Positions 43,435 through 52,851 of a DNA stretch of 64,000 nt are shown here, in pieces. The notes below the pieces were generated by a model. It worked only from the letters and a program-made list of their open reading frames with translations. It had not been told where the DNA came from and did not search any database. The position numbers and the translations under genes are program-made. The stretch's first letter is position 1. The number at the start of each line of letters is the position of its first letter. Source of the DNA: a bacterium (GTDB lineage Bacteria > UBP13 > UBA5359); the NCBI GenBank assembly GCA_028685295.1, contig JAQUEL010000004.1, forward strand, positions 24 through 64,023, read 5' to 3'.

Positions 43435-45250
43435 TAAACCGGATAGTAGTCTCTTTGATAAAATTTTCCATAGTTTTTATATCAGGGCAAATGAGTTTTG
43501 GCCTATCCGACATATTAACGGAAGCCTCTTTTATCCGAGCTTGATATTGCTTATCCATCTTCCCTGTTGATAAATATAACGGCAACACCTGTCGACAAAG
43601 ATGAGCTGCCTTCTCTAGTCGCTCCAGCAGGGGAGAGAGCTCATCCATAAGCTGCCGGTTATCAATGCTCTGCCGTAGCCTGGCAGAGTTCCGCAGCAGG
43701 CAAGCAAGCCAGACATCGGCTTCAAACACTGCCTGTTCAGCATTACCGGCGTTATAATCATTTTGCAATCGATCAAGCCTGGCTGCAAGATCGCGACTAT
43801 AACCTTCCGGCCAGTGGGCTGATCCTGATAACCTGACGGCTATCTCCTCCAGAAAGGGTAGAGCTTCAGTGCCTCCTATCTCTTCCAAGGATTTTTGCCA
43901 GGCAGTGCCGGCGATATAGGTTTTGCTGTTCCAAAGATATGATGCAGCAGTATAGAGCGCTATCTTGGAGGCCTCCGCCTGATTCATGGCGTTCATCACC
44001 AGACCGGCCGAACAGCGTTCTAATCCGTTTTGGCGATTGAATAGAGGACCGAGGTGGAGGCGTGAGCTTATATAATCATTAACGGGAAAATTATCCCAGT
44101 AGAGAGGTTTTCTTCCCAGAACATTGCCTATTCTGACGGCATCAGCCTGAGTTATAGATGGGGAGTAAACACGGGTACCCGTCCAGAATATTTCCATATC
44201 CGCCGGCAGGCCTTTGCCGATGGTGACCAGATAATCGGATTTTTCCGGCTCTGTGCCGAAATACTTTGTTGGGCAAAAGAAGAGCCTGATACCAGGGTGC
44301 AGCTTTTTCAAGTCGGCATGCAGACGTTGAACTAGCGCAACTTGAGCTTTGCCCAATGTTCCGAAGGATCTTTTGTCATTTTTATTCTTCAATTCCCAGC
44401 TGATGTCATCCATCAGGAGAGCGATATTAAAGATGCCCAGATGCAGGACCGATTTAACTTTGTTCAGCAGAGCGTTGTAATCCTCCCGGCTGCTGTAGCA
44501 GATGGATTTTCCTGGCGCAATGCCGTAAACCAGATGGATTTTTTGTGATTCTGCTTTGTCCAACAGTATCCGAAAGGAAGCCAACTCTTCATTGGAATGA
44601 GGACGCCGCCATTCATCTCTGTGTGAGGGAACTGCTTTAGGAGCCCAGAAGTAGTAGTTTAAACGTGTACGTCCCATAAAATGCAACATTTCTATCCGTT
44701 CCTGTTCGCTCCAGGGGCGTCCGTAGAATCCCTCTATTACTCCACGGATCGGAAAGGAGGGATAATCGAGCAGTCTGGAGATGGATATGGTACGATTACC
44801 ATTGCTATTATCGACATATTCATCCAATCTCTGCAGACCGCTGGATAAGCCGTAATCAGAATTTGCCGCCACTACCAGCCGCGAAGGGTTCCCCTTCAAA
44901 AAGGTTACGGCACATGCCTCCGAACCTAGCCTGGACAGACCGCTCAGATCCAAGCCGGTAACCCTTTCTATTGTACCTGACAAGCCCACGAATACTTCGG
45001 TTCTTTTGACATCTCCACGCTCATTTCCAGATGCGGGCCTCTGTTGGCCCAGGATATTGATAAGGCGTGTCTGCAATGCTGGCGGAACGACCTTATATAT
45101 CGGTTCCGCCAGTGTAACGGGAGCAATCCTCTCTACCTGTTGCGGCTCGGCTGGTATAAAGCGATATCGCTCTGCTGCGGCAACGGAAGGCAGCGATGCA
45201 ATCAGCAGTATAAACAAGATAAGAACTCTGTATCTGAACATATTCATCAC
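43424..45250 (-). CDS. Secreted GH84-family beta-N-acetylglucosaminidase (O-GlcNAcase/NagJ-like)
   Basis: Signal peptide, RGVIEGFYGRPWS, and catalytic LLMDDIS (DD pair), 608 aa. Confidence 0.8.
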   Translation of the reverse strand: MMNMFRYRVLILFILLIASLPSVAAAERYRFIPAEPQQVERIAPVTLAEPIYKVVPPALQTRLINILGQQRPASGNERGDVKRTEVFVGLSGTIERVTGLDLSGLSRLGSEACAVTFLKGNPSRLVVAANSDYGLSSGLQRLDEYVDNSNGNRTISISRLLDYPSFPIRGVIEGFYGRPWSEQERIEMLHFMGRTRLNYYFWAPKAVPSHRDEWRRPHSNEELASFRILLDKAESQKIHLVYGIAPGKSICYSSREDYNALLNKVKSVLHLGIFNIALLMDDISWELKNKNDKRSFGTLGKAQVALVQRLHADLKKLHPGIRLFFCPTKYFGTEPEKSDYLVTIGKGLPADMEIFWTGTRVYSPSITQADAVRIGNVLGRKPLYWDNFPVNDYISSRLHLGPLFNRQNGLERCSAGLVMNAMNQAEASKIALYTAASYLWNSKTYIAGTAWQKSLEEIGGTEALPFLEEIAVRLSGSAHWPEGYSRDLAARLDRLQNDYNAGNAEQAVFEADVWLACLLRNSARLRQSIDNRQLMDELSPLLERLEKAAHLCRQVLPLYLSTGKMDKQYQARIKEASVNMSDRPKLICPDIKTMENFIKETTIRFIRP

Positions 45251-45391
45251 CTGTCATCAGTATAGCATGGCGCAGGCATTCGTTTAAGGACAAGGGCCGG
45301 CCAGACTGCTTATATTGCCTGATCATCCCTTCGCAGGTATAATAAAGCAGGAGAATTCTCCTCCGGCAATTTCTTGAAAGTGGGGTATTAT

Positions 45392-46018
45392 ATGCCTTTT
45401 CGTAAAGTTCCTGCGCTGACGGTGTCCAGGTTGTCCGTCTATCACAGAGCCTTATCTACATTGCCCGACGAGTGGATTATATCTTCTGAGGAAATATCTG
45501 ATCTTACCGGCTATACAGCGGCGCAGATACGCCGTGACCTTACTTACTTCGGCCAGTTCGGTACACCGGGCAGAGGCTATATAGTGGCGGAACTTAGGCA
45601 ACGTATCGGCCATATATTGGGTATAGATCAGGATTGGAAGGTTGCCCTGGTGGGGATAGGTCATCTCGGTTCAGCTTTACTGGCTTATCAGGGTTTCTGT
45701 GAGCGCGGTTTTAATATAGTAGCTGCTTTCGATAACGATATCACCAAGATCGGCAAGAAGTGGGAGGGCATAGTTATTGAAGATATTTCCCGGCTGGCGG
45801 AGTCTGCTGTTGAAAAGGATATTCAAATGGGCATCCTGGCCGTGCCCGCCAAAGCGGCTCGGGAGGCCTTTGATCTGGCTGTTGCCGCCGGTATTAAGGC
45901 TATACTCAATTTTGCTCCCGTTAGACTTACTCCTCCGGAAGGTATTCAACTGATAAATGTGGATCTGGCTGCGGAAATGGAGCGTCTCTCCTTCTTTCTA
46001 GCCAGAAGCCGGAGTTGA
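45392..46018 (+). CDS. rex: Redox-sensing transcriptional repressor Rex
   Basis: Winged-helix N-terminus (SRLSVYHRAL...AAQIRRDLTYFG) and a Rossmann NAD(H) domain (VALVGIGHLG...AILNFAP). ATG at 45392. Confidence 0.88.
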   Translation: MPFRKVPALTVSRLSVYHRALSTLPDEWIISSEEISDLTGYTAAQIRRDLTYFGQFGTPGRGYIVAELRQRIGHILGIDQDWKVALVGIGHLGSALLAYQGFCERGFNIVAAFDNDITKIGKKWEGIVIEDISRLAESAVEKDIQMGILAVPAKAAREAFDLAVAAGIKAILNFAPVRLTPPEGIQLINVDLAAEMERLSFFLARSRS

Positions 46019-46092
46019 TATTTGGATTTAGTCAGGCGTAAAGAGCAGGCACGGTCTTGATAAAAGAGAGGGTTCGTCTTGCAGTTTGGCGC

Positions 46093-46887
46093 TTATGCTG
46101 AGAGGAAACCGCCATCCACCGGAAGCAATGCTCCCTGGATATAACAGGATAAATCGCTGGCAAGAAAAAGGACTGCTCTGGCTACGTCATCCGGCTCTCC
46201 CCAATGTCCGATCGGCAGACGATTATTAAAGAGATAGCTTGTTTTTGCTAATCTTATCTTAAATTTAAAAATTGCTTCCAGCATCAAAGATTTGGTGGTT
46301 GGAGTTTTTATAGCTCCGGGCAATATGGTATTGACGCGAAAGCCGTTCTTGGCATAATCTCTAGCCAGAGAACGGCTTAAAGCAATAATGCCTGCTTTGC
46401 TGATACTATATGAAACCATATTCTCTTTAAAGGGAAGTATGGCTTCTATGGAAGAAATATTTATAATAATACCACCTTGTTTTCTACGCTGCTTTATAAA
46501 GTTTCTGCACATCCAGAAGGAGGCGTTTAAGTTTACATCAAGTATTTTTTTGTAGGCATCTGCAGTCATCTCAAGATAGTCCAGAAAGGGATATACCCCG
46601 GCATTGTTGATGAGTATATCGGGTTTATCCTCTTTAAAATCGCGCCATAGTGCATCTATAGCCTCTTTTTTAGATAGATCGACCGTCATGCAGAGGGCAT
46701 TTACTGAGGCGCATCTTTCTTTTCTTACTCTTTCCAGCTTTTTTCGATTAATATCTACCAGTATCAAGGAGGCTCCGGCCTGGGCAAGCCTGGAAACGAT
46801 CGCTTCTCCGATGCCTTGGGAGCAACCGGTTACCAGTGCTGTCCTTCCTTTCAGAGAAATTAATTCATTTATCGATTTATGCCGCAT
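46093..46887 (-). CDS. Short-chain dehydrogenase/reductase (SDR) family oxidoreductase
   Basis: TGCSQGIG, NNAG and YSISK motifs. An internal Met start was chosen; the ORF extends to 46956. Confidence 0.8.
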   Translation of the reverse strand: MRHKSINELISLKGRTALVTGCSQGIGEAIVSRLAQAGASLILVDINRKKLERVRKERCASVNALCMTVDLSKKEAIDALWRDFKEDKPDILINNAGVYPFLDYLEMTADAYKKILDVNLNASFWMCRNFIKQRRKQGGIIINISSIEAILPFKENMVSYSISKAGIIALSRSLARDYAKNGFRVNTILPGAIKTPTTKSLMLEAIFKFKIRLAKTSYLFNNRLPIGHWGEPDDVARAVLFLASDLSCYIQGALLPVDGGFLSA

Positions 46888-47113
46888 GATACCGCCGTCA
46901 TTTTTTATATAATTATTCCCTCTATGCAAGAAGTATAACGAGATAGGATATTGCAAGCAATGATCAAGGATTAAATCATTCTTGATAAAGATGCTTGCCG
47001 AATGGTATAGAATGTCCAGACTGCCGCATTATTAAAGCAGAATAACCCTCTCGTTTACCCAGTAATTTTGCCGGGTATTATTAATGAAACGGTTTATAGT
47101 GGAGGTCGATCTC

Positions 47114-48337
47114 ATGAGGAACACAACACGGGAAGAGCAATTGGCGGAGCGAGCGCGGACTTACATACCCGGCGGAGCTATGAATCATGCCAAAGAGCCG
47201 CGGCAGGATATGCTGGGATATATGCCTTGGTACATAGAACGGGCGGAAGGATGTTATCTCTATGATATAGAAGGCCGTGAATTCATAGATTATAGCTCTT
47301 CTTATGGACCGGTAATCCTGGGTTACAGGTATCCTCCCATTGAAGAAGCGGTAAGGGCACAGATGGAGAAGGGGGTTCTTTTCAGTATGCCCTCTCCTCT
47401 TGAGGGGGAGTGGGCGGAAATGCTGGCAAACGTGGTGCCGTGTGCGCAGATGGTACGTGCAATGAAAACCGGCAGCGCCGCTACCGCCGCCGCTGTAAGG
47501 GTGGCTCGAGCTGCCACCGGTCGAGAAAAGGTTATTTCTTGCGGCTATAACAGCTGGCATGATTGGTGGGTAGCCAAGGAGGGAGTGGGCATCAGCAAGG
47601 GAATACCATCCTGCCTAGAGGGAAATATATATGACCTTGAATATGGTAACCTGGCCTTTGCTGAACAGCTTTTTCAGGAACATGGCAAGGAGATTTCCTG
47701 CCTTATAACCATTCCTTATGACTTTCGAGGGAAACCCTGCTTATCTTTTCTGCGTCGTTTACGAAGTCTGACAAAGGAATATGGTGCAGTACTTATCTTC
47801 GATGAGATAATTACCGGCTTTAGGTTATCGTTGGGCGGAGCACAGGAACTTTTTGAGATTTCTCCTGATATGTGTACTCTTGCCAAGGCTATGGGCAACG
47901 GCTATCCGCTATCCGCCTATGCCGGCAAAGCGGATTTGATGAAACTGGTGCCTGAACTACAGATAGATACTACTTATGCCGGAGAGGCCTTATCTCTGGC
48001 TGCATCTCTGGCCGTTATCCGAGAGATGCGTGATAAGCCTGTGCTGGAGATGATATGGCACCGTGGAGAAGAACTTATGACCGGCCTGAGAAGGATATTC
48101 AGCAATAACGGAGAAATTCTAAGTGTGGAGGGGTTGCCTCCGGCTATGACAATAAATCCGGCGACGGATAATCCGGGGGCTGCGCACTTTAAAAACCTCT
48201 TTATTAAACATCTTTACGGACAGGGTGTTTTCTATCATTCTCCGCTCTTTGTCACTTTCTCACATACGGAAAAGGATATAGAGTGTACCCTGGAAGCGGC
48301 GGAAAATGCCGTTAACAAGGCTGCGAAAGAGATGTAA
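47114..48337 (+). CDS. Class III PLP-dependent aminotransferase, glutamate-1-semialdehyde aminomutase-like
   Basis: FDEIITGFR...TLAKAMGNGYP motifs. ATG at 47114 after a GGAGGT Shine-Dalgarno. Confidence 0.8.
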   Translation: MRNTTREEQLAERARTYIPGGAMNHAKEPRQDMLGYMPWYIERAEGCYLYDIEGREFIDYSSSYGPVILGYRYPPIEEAVRAQMEKGVLFSMPSPLEGEWAEMLANVVPCAQMVRAMKTGSAATAAAVRVARAATGREKVISCGYNSWHDWWVAKEGVGISKGIPSCLEGNIYDLEYGNLAFAEQLFQEHGKEISCLITIPYDFRGKPCLSFLRRLRSLTKEYGAVLIFDEIITGFRLSLGGAQELFEISPDMCTLAKAMGNGYPLSAYAGKADLMKLVPELQIDTTYAGEALSLAASLAVIREMRDKPVLEMIWHRGEELMTGLRRIFSNNGEILSVEGLPPAMTINPATDNPGAAHFKNLFIKHLYGQGVFYHSPLFVTFSHTEKDIECTLEAAENAVNKAAKEM

Positions 48338-48352
48338 GCGTAGAGTGCGTAT

Positions 48353-49336
48353 TTGTCGCTTAGGAAGGGTGGGGTTGTTTTGCGCCTGACTATATTTTTA
48401 ATGGTATTGCTTCTTTGCGCTTCCCCGGCTATGGCAGCCGAAAGCAGCCCGGAGGAATGTCTCGATTACGTTAACAGCTATCTGCTGGATAAAGATTATG
48501 CTAATGCCATGGCCTGGGTGGATTATGGCTTGAGAAATTACCCTGGAAATCTCAAATTAGAGATTGTTCGTTTTAAAGTTGCTATCAATGATATGGATAA
48601 GAAGAATGATACGTTAGCTCGTGATAGATTGAAATCTCTGTTATCCGGCAGAAGCAATGAGCTTAATGATGCCGTCTTCAATGCACTTATAGATTCGGGT
48701 TATTACAGGCCCAATATGCGACTGGTCCTTCCGACAAATAGCAAGGGTATTGATTATTTCCTTTCGGTAGTGCCATTGGATGTTATTGCTGTTGGGATAA
48801 ACCGTATTATTCCCAAGATGCCTGAAGATGCAGACGTCAAGGTAGCCTTGCCGGTAATGTGGCAGCCGGTAATCTGGGTAAGGAATGTTTCAGATTACAC
48901 TGTCAAGTCAGCTCGGGTATCCATCGATTTGGGACAGGCTTCTCAGTCAGCTGCAGATACAGAGCCGTTGCCAGCCACACCGGTGCAGTCGGTCCGGGGA
49001 GGCAAAGATGATGCTGCAGGTCCGGGCGGTATAAAGGCATCACGCCAGCCTATGGATATGCCGACTGATCTTCCGGAGGCAGACCGACCTGAACAACCTT
49101 CCAGCAGTGGCAGCAGCCAGGCTACCAGTGAGTTTACCATCAGGCCCGGCGATATGAAGAAGGTTGTCCTGATTACACCGCTTGCTTTTCAAGGAGAAAG
49201 ACTTACTCAGCCGCTACAATGCACCATCTCCTGGATAAATAGGGAGGAAGATCGGACCTCTCCGTTGCTGATAGCCGATAGGATAGATCCGGACGATGTG
49301 CCGGTATTTAATCTGAACGCTCTGGAGAAGCCTTAA
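48353..49336 (+). CDS. Secreted hypothetical protein (signal peptide; Ser/Pro/Gln-rich C-terminal region)
   Basis: N-terminal LRLTIFLMVLLLCASPAMA-AE signal peptide with no recognisable domain. The start codon is uncertain (TTG 48353, TTG 48380 or ATG 48401). Confidence 0.5.
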   Translation: MSLRKGGVVLRLTIFLMVLLLCASPAMAAESSPEECLDYVNSYLLDKDYANAMAWVDYGLRNYPGNLKLEIVRFKVAINDMDKKNDTLARDRLKSLLSGRSNELNDAVFNALIDSGYYRPNMRLVLPTNSKGIDYFLSVVPLDVIAVGINRIIPKMPEDADVKVALPVMWQPVIWVRNVSDYTVKSARVSIDLGQASQSAADTEPLPATPVQSVRGGKDDAAGPGGIKASRQPMDMPTDLPEADRPEQPSSSGSSQATSEFTIRPGDMKKVVLITPLAFQGERLTQPLQCTISWINREEDRTSPLLIADRIDPDDVPVFNLNALEKP

Positions 49337-49394
49337 CGGTTGCTCAATTTATTGACAAATCCGGTCTGCCTGATATAATACTAGATATTCACGT

Positions 49395-49470
49395 GGGGCT
49401 GTGGCGCAGCTGGGAGCGCGCTTCCTCGGCATGGAAGAGGCCAGGGGTTCGAATCCCCTCAGCTCCACCA
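49395..49470 (+). tRNA. tRNA-Ala(GGC) with G3:U70; the anticodon loop reads UCGGCAU (apparent C33)
   Basis: Acceptor stem GGGGCTG pairs with CAGCTCC, including the G3:U70 Ala identity pair. The anticodon stem CTTCC pairs with GGAAG. It has a TTCGAATCC T-loop and a terminal ACCA. Confidence 0.7.
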
Positions 49471-49586
49471 TCCTTCGCTTCAAAGTGAAGTGGAGAAATG
49501 AACAGGCTGAAGAGTTTGAATATAAGTGCAGACGGCAATATTGGAAGACGGGATGAAGCCAGCCTAAGAAGCAAAGATAGTCATTT

Positions 49587-49622
49587 AATAAGTGATTAAA
49601 ATAACTCAGGTTCTCTGAGTTA
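49587..49622 (+). terminator. Strong intrinsic terminator (AAAATAACTCAG-GTTCT-CTGAGTTATTTT + TG) about 70 nt upstream of leuS
   Basis: A 12-bp perfect stem followed by a U-tract. It ends an unexplained roughly 115-nt segment downstream of tRNA-Ala. Confidence 0.6.
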
Positions 49623-49692
49623 TTTTTGTAAGTACCGATAGATTAAGTCTGATAAATACAAGTTAATAAATATTACCTCACAGGAGAAAATC

Positions 49693-52170
49693 ATGAAAAA
49701 GTACGATTTTCGAGCTATTGAAGAGAAATGGCAGCGTCGCTGGGAGGATGAGGATACCTTCAAGGTCGAATTACAACCTGAGCAGCCGAAATACTATCTG
49801 TTGGAGATGTTCCCATATCCCTCCGGGCGTATACATATGGGGCATGTTCGCAATTATTCCATCGGCGATGTAATGGCCCGTTATCGTCATATGCGTGGGT
49901 ACAATGTACTCCATCCTATGGGTTGGGATGCCTTTGGATTACCTGCGGAGAACGCCGCCATCCAGCATGGCGTACACCCGGCCGAATGGACTCTAAGCAA
50001 TATAGCCAATATGCGTAAGCAACTTAAATCATTAGGCTATAGCTATGCTTGGCATCGTGAGGTGACAACCTGTCTGCCGGATTACTACAAATGGACACAG
50101 TGGTTTTTTACCAAGCTCTGGGAAAAGGATCTGGTTTACCGGGCTTCGGGTCAGGTTAACTGGTGCGAAGCCTGCGCCACTGTGCTGGCTAATGAGCAGG
50201 TAGCAAATGGAGAGTGCTGGCGTTGCGGCACCCCTGTGATTCAAAAGGAACTGGAACAATGGTACTTGAAGATCACCGCTTATGCAGAAGAACTCCTGAA
50301 TGATCTGGATACGCTGGAGGGGTGGCCGGAGCGCGTTCGTATTATGCAATCCAACTGGATAGGACGCAGCGAGGGGGCACGTATAGATTTCCGTTTACCG
50401 AATGATAAGATATTGCCCGTATTCACTACTCGTCCGGATACCGTCTACGGTGTAACCTATCTGGCCCTGGCAGCTGAAAATCCGTTGGCAAAAGAGCTTT
50501 CCAGCGGTACCCCTCAGGAAGAAGAAGTCAGGGCGTTTATTGAGCGCATGCAGCATCGGACCACTGCTCAACGTGGCGATACCGCTGAGAAGGAAGGCGT
50601 TTTTACCGGTGCATATGCGATAAATCCGCTTAACGGTACCAAGGTTCCCATATGGGTGGCTAATTATGTATTGATGGAATATGGCACCGGAGCCGTTATG
50701 GCTGTGCCGGCACATGATCAGAGAGACTTTGAATTTGCTCAGCAGTACGGCCTGGCGGTGCGTCGCGTCATTGCCGGTCCCGATACATCCCGGGATGAAA
50801 TGGCCCAGGCCTATGTGGATGACGGCGTTATGATGAATTCCGGGCACTTTAACGGACGTAATAACCGGGAGGCTATGTCCGATATCATTGATTACATTGC
50901 CGTACAGGGCTTTGGCGAACGTAATGTCAATTACCGGCTGCGCGATTGGCTGATATCACGTCAGCGTTATTGGGGAGCGCCTATTCCCATGGTATACTGC
51001 GAGAAATGCGGCTGGAAGGCAGTGCCGGAGGAGAGCCTGCCGGTGATACTGCCGGAAAACGTGGCTTTTTCTCCAGAAGGGCAATCACCATTAACCGAAG
51101 CACGCGAATTTATTGATGTGGATTGCCCTGTTTGCAGTGGTCCCGCTTACAGAGAGACCGATACCATGGATACGTTTATCGATTCGTCTTGGTATTTTTT
51201 GCGTTATGCAGACCCTCATAACGATAGAACGCCGTTTAGTCGCGATTGTGCTGACCACTGGTTACCTGTCGACCAATATATCGGTGGTATTGAGCATGCA
51301 GTTATGCATCTGCTCTATGCCCGTTTCTTCACCAAGGTCATACGCGATATAGGACTGACGAGCGTATCGGAACCCTTTGCCAATCTGCTTACTCAGGGCA
51401 TGGTTATCAAAGATGGTTCCAAAATGTCTAAATCCAAGGGCAATGTAGTGCATCCCAATGAGATCATAGAGCGCTATGGTGCCGATACTGCACGCCTCTT
51501 TATCTTGTTTGCTTCACCGCCGGAACGCGATCTGGAGTGGAGTGACCGTGGCGTGGAGGGATCTTTCCGTTTCCTCAGCCGTATCTGGCGATTGGTAAAC
51601 AGTGCATTGCCTGTGTTGAACGGCTGCCAGGGGACTGATGTCAGTAATGATGCGGCTGATCTCGGCAAGCTACGACGATATATTCACAGCACCATAAAGC
51701 GCGTCAGTGAAGATATTGAGATCAGGCTGCATTTCAATACCGCCATCAGCGCGATTATGGAACTGGTAAATATGATGGCTGACAAGCTGCCGCATCTGGA
51801 AAGCGGTCGGGCCTCGGCAGATTATGCGGCTGAATACCGTAACGGCCTGGAAACCATAGTGATGCTGCTTGTACCTTTCACGCCGCATATTTCTGAAGAG
51901 CTCTGGCAAAAGTTGGGGCATGAGACTATGGCATATCTTCAGCCCTGGCCGACATGGCGTGAGGAATATCTGCATCGTGAAGAGATTACCATTGTTGTCC
52001 AGATAAACGGCAAGGTGCGTGACAGGCTGACGGTGGAGAGCGGTATCAGCGAGGAAGGTCTTAAAGAAGCAGCGCTGTCGTCAGAGCGAACGGCCAAGTT
52101 TCTAAGTGGATTGACAGTGCGAAAAGTAGTTGTAGTTCCCGGCAGGCTGGTTAATATAGTAGCTTCCTGA
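49693..52170 (+). CDS. leuS: Leucine--tRNA ligase
   Basis: 825 aa with HMGH and KMSKS motifs and an editing domain. Confidence 0.97.
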   Translation: MKKYDFRAIEEKWQRRWEDEDTFKVELQPEQPKYYLLEMFPYPSGRIHMGHVRNYSIGDVMARYRHMRGYNVLHPMGWDAFGLPAENAAIQHGVHPAEWTLSNIANMRKQLKSLGYSYAWHREVTTCLPDYYKWTQWFFTKLWEKDLVYRASGQVNWCEACATVLANEQVANGECWRCGTPVIQKELEQWYLKITAYAEELLNDLDTLEGWPERVRIMQSNWIGRSEGARIDFRLPNDKILPVFTTRPDTVYGVTYLALAAENPLAKELSSGTPQEEEVRAFIERMQHRTTAQRGDTAEKEGVFTGAYAINPLNGTKVPIWVANYVLMEYGTGAVMAVPAHDQRDFEFAQQYGLAVRRVIAGPDTSRDEMAQAYVDDGVMMNSGHFNGRNNREAMSDIIDYIAVQGFGERNVNYRLRDWLISRQRYWGAPIPMVYCEKCGWKAVPEESLPVILPENVAFSPEGQSPLTEAREFIDVDCPVCSGPAYRETDTMDTFIDSSWYFLRYADPHNDRTPFSRDCADHWLPVDQYIGGIEHAVMHLLYARFFTKVIRDIGLTSVSEPFANLLTQGMVIKDGSKMSKSKGNVVHPNEIIERYGADTARLFILFASPPERDLEWSDRGVEGSFRFLSRIWRLVNSALPVLNGCQGTDVSNDAADLGKLRRYIHSTIKRVSEDIEIRLHFNTAISAIMELVNMMADKLPHLESGRASADYAAEYRNGLETIVMLLVPFTPHISEELWQKLGHETMAYLQPWPTWREEYLHREEITIVVQINGKVRDRLTVESGISEEGLKEAALSSERTAKFLSGLTVRKVVVVPGRLVNIVAS

Positions 52171-52244
52171 TTCGGAAGCTACAAAGCGTTGAGGCCTGTT
52201 TATAATACTTGTAAAAGCTTGTTTGTTAGCTTGGAGGGCATCTT

Positions 52245-52844
52245 TTGCTGAGTAATCTTAGCAGACAACAGCAGATAGCGCTTGTGGCGGTGGCAGCGGT
52301 GGTCCTGGCTCTTATCGGGCACCGAACGCTGATTAAGCACGGGGGTGAAACTCTGCCGCTGGAAACTATATCCCCTGCTGTATTGAATACCGACAAAATT
52401 ATTGCGGAGCAGGATAATACTATCTGCCTGGTGCATGTTTGCGGTGCCGTTTTGCGGCCGGGTGTTTATCGTCTATCTAAGGGCAGTCGGGTTTACCAGG
52501 CTATTGAGACGGCTGGAGGAGCTACCGGTTGGGCAGACACTTCAGCCTTGAATATGGCTGCGCCGGTGCATGATGGACAAAGGATAGAGATTCCGGTCAG
52601 GGGAACCGGCGCCTCGGCTCAATCCTCCGGGAAGGGGGCATTATCAAACGGGCCTGTTGACTTGAATACTGCCGATGAAGAACAGCTCGACACCCTGCCG
52701 GGAGTAGGTCCGGCTACAGCCAGGAAAATTATAGAATACAGGGATAAGAACGGCTCCTTTCGCCATACCGATGATCTGATGAAAATCCCCGGCATAGGCC
52801 GTAAGAAATACGATAAGCTCAAAGATCACGTTTGCATAAATTGA
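52245..52844 (+). CDS. comEA: ComEA-family DNA-binding competence protein (N-terminal TM, SLBB, C-terminal tandem HhH)
   Basis: DLNTADEEQLDTLPGVGPATARKIIEYRDKNGSF...IPGIGRKK. Confidence 0.85.
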   Translation: MLSNLSRQQQIALVAVAAVVLALIGHRTLIKHGGETLPLETISPAVLNTDKIIAEQDNTICLVHVCGAVLRPGVYRLSKGSRVYQAIETAGGATGWADTSALNMAAPVHDGQRIEIPVRGTGASAQSSGKGALSNGPVDLNTADEEQLDTLPGVGPATARKIIEYRDKNGSFRHTDDLMKIPGIGRKKYDKLKDHVCIN

Positions 52845-52851
52845 GGCTGTC

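Noticed and set aside
49471-49692. T-box riboswitch upstream of leuS
   Set aside because: No T-box consensus sequence or specifier-loop/antiterminator architecture is visible. Only a plain terminator is present.
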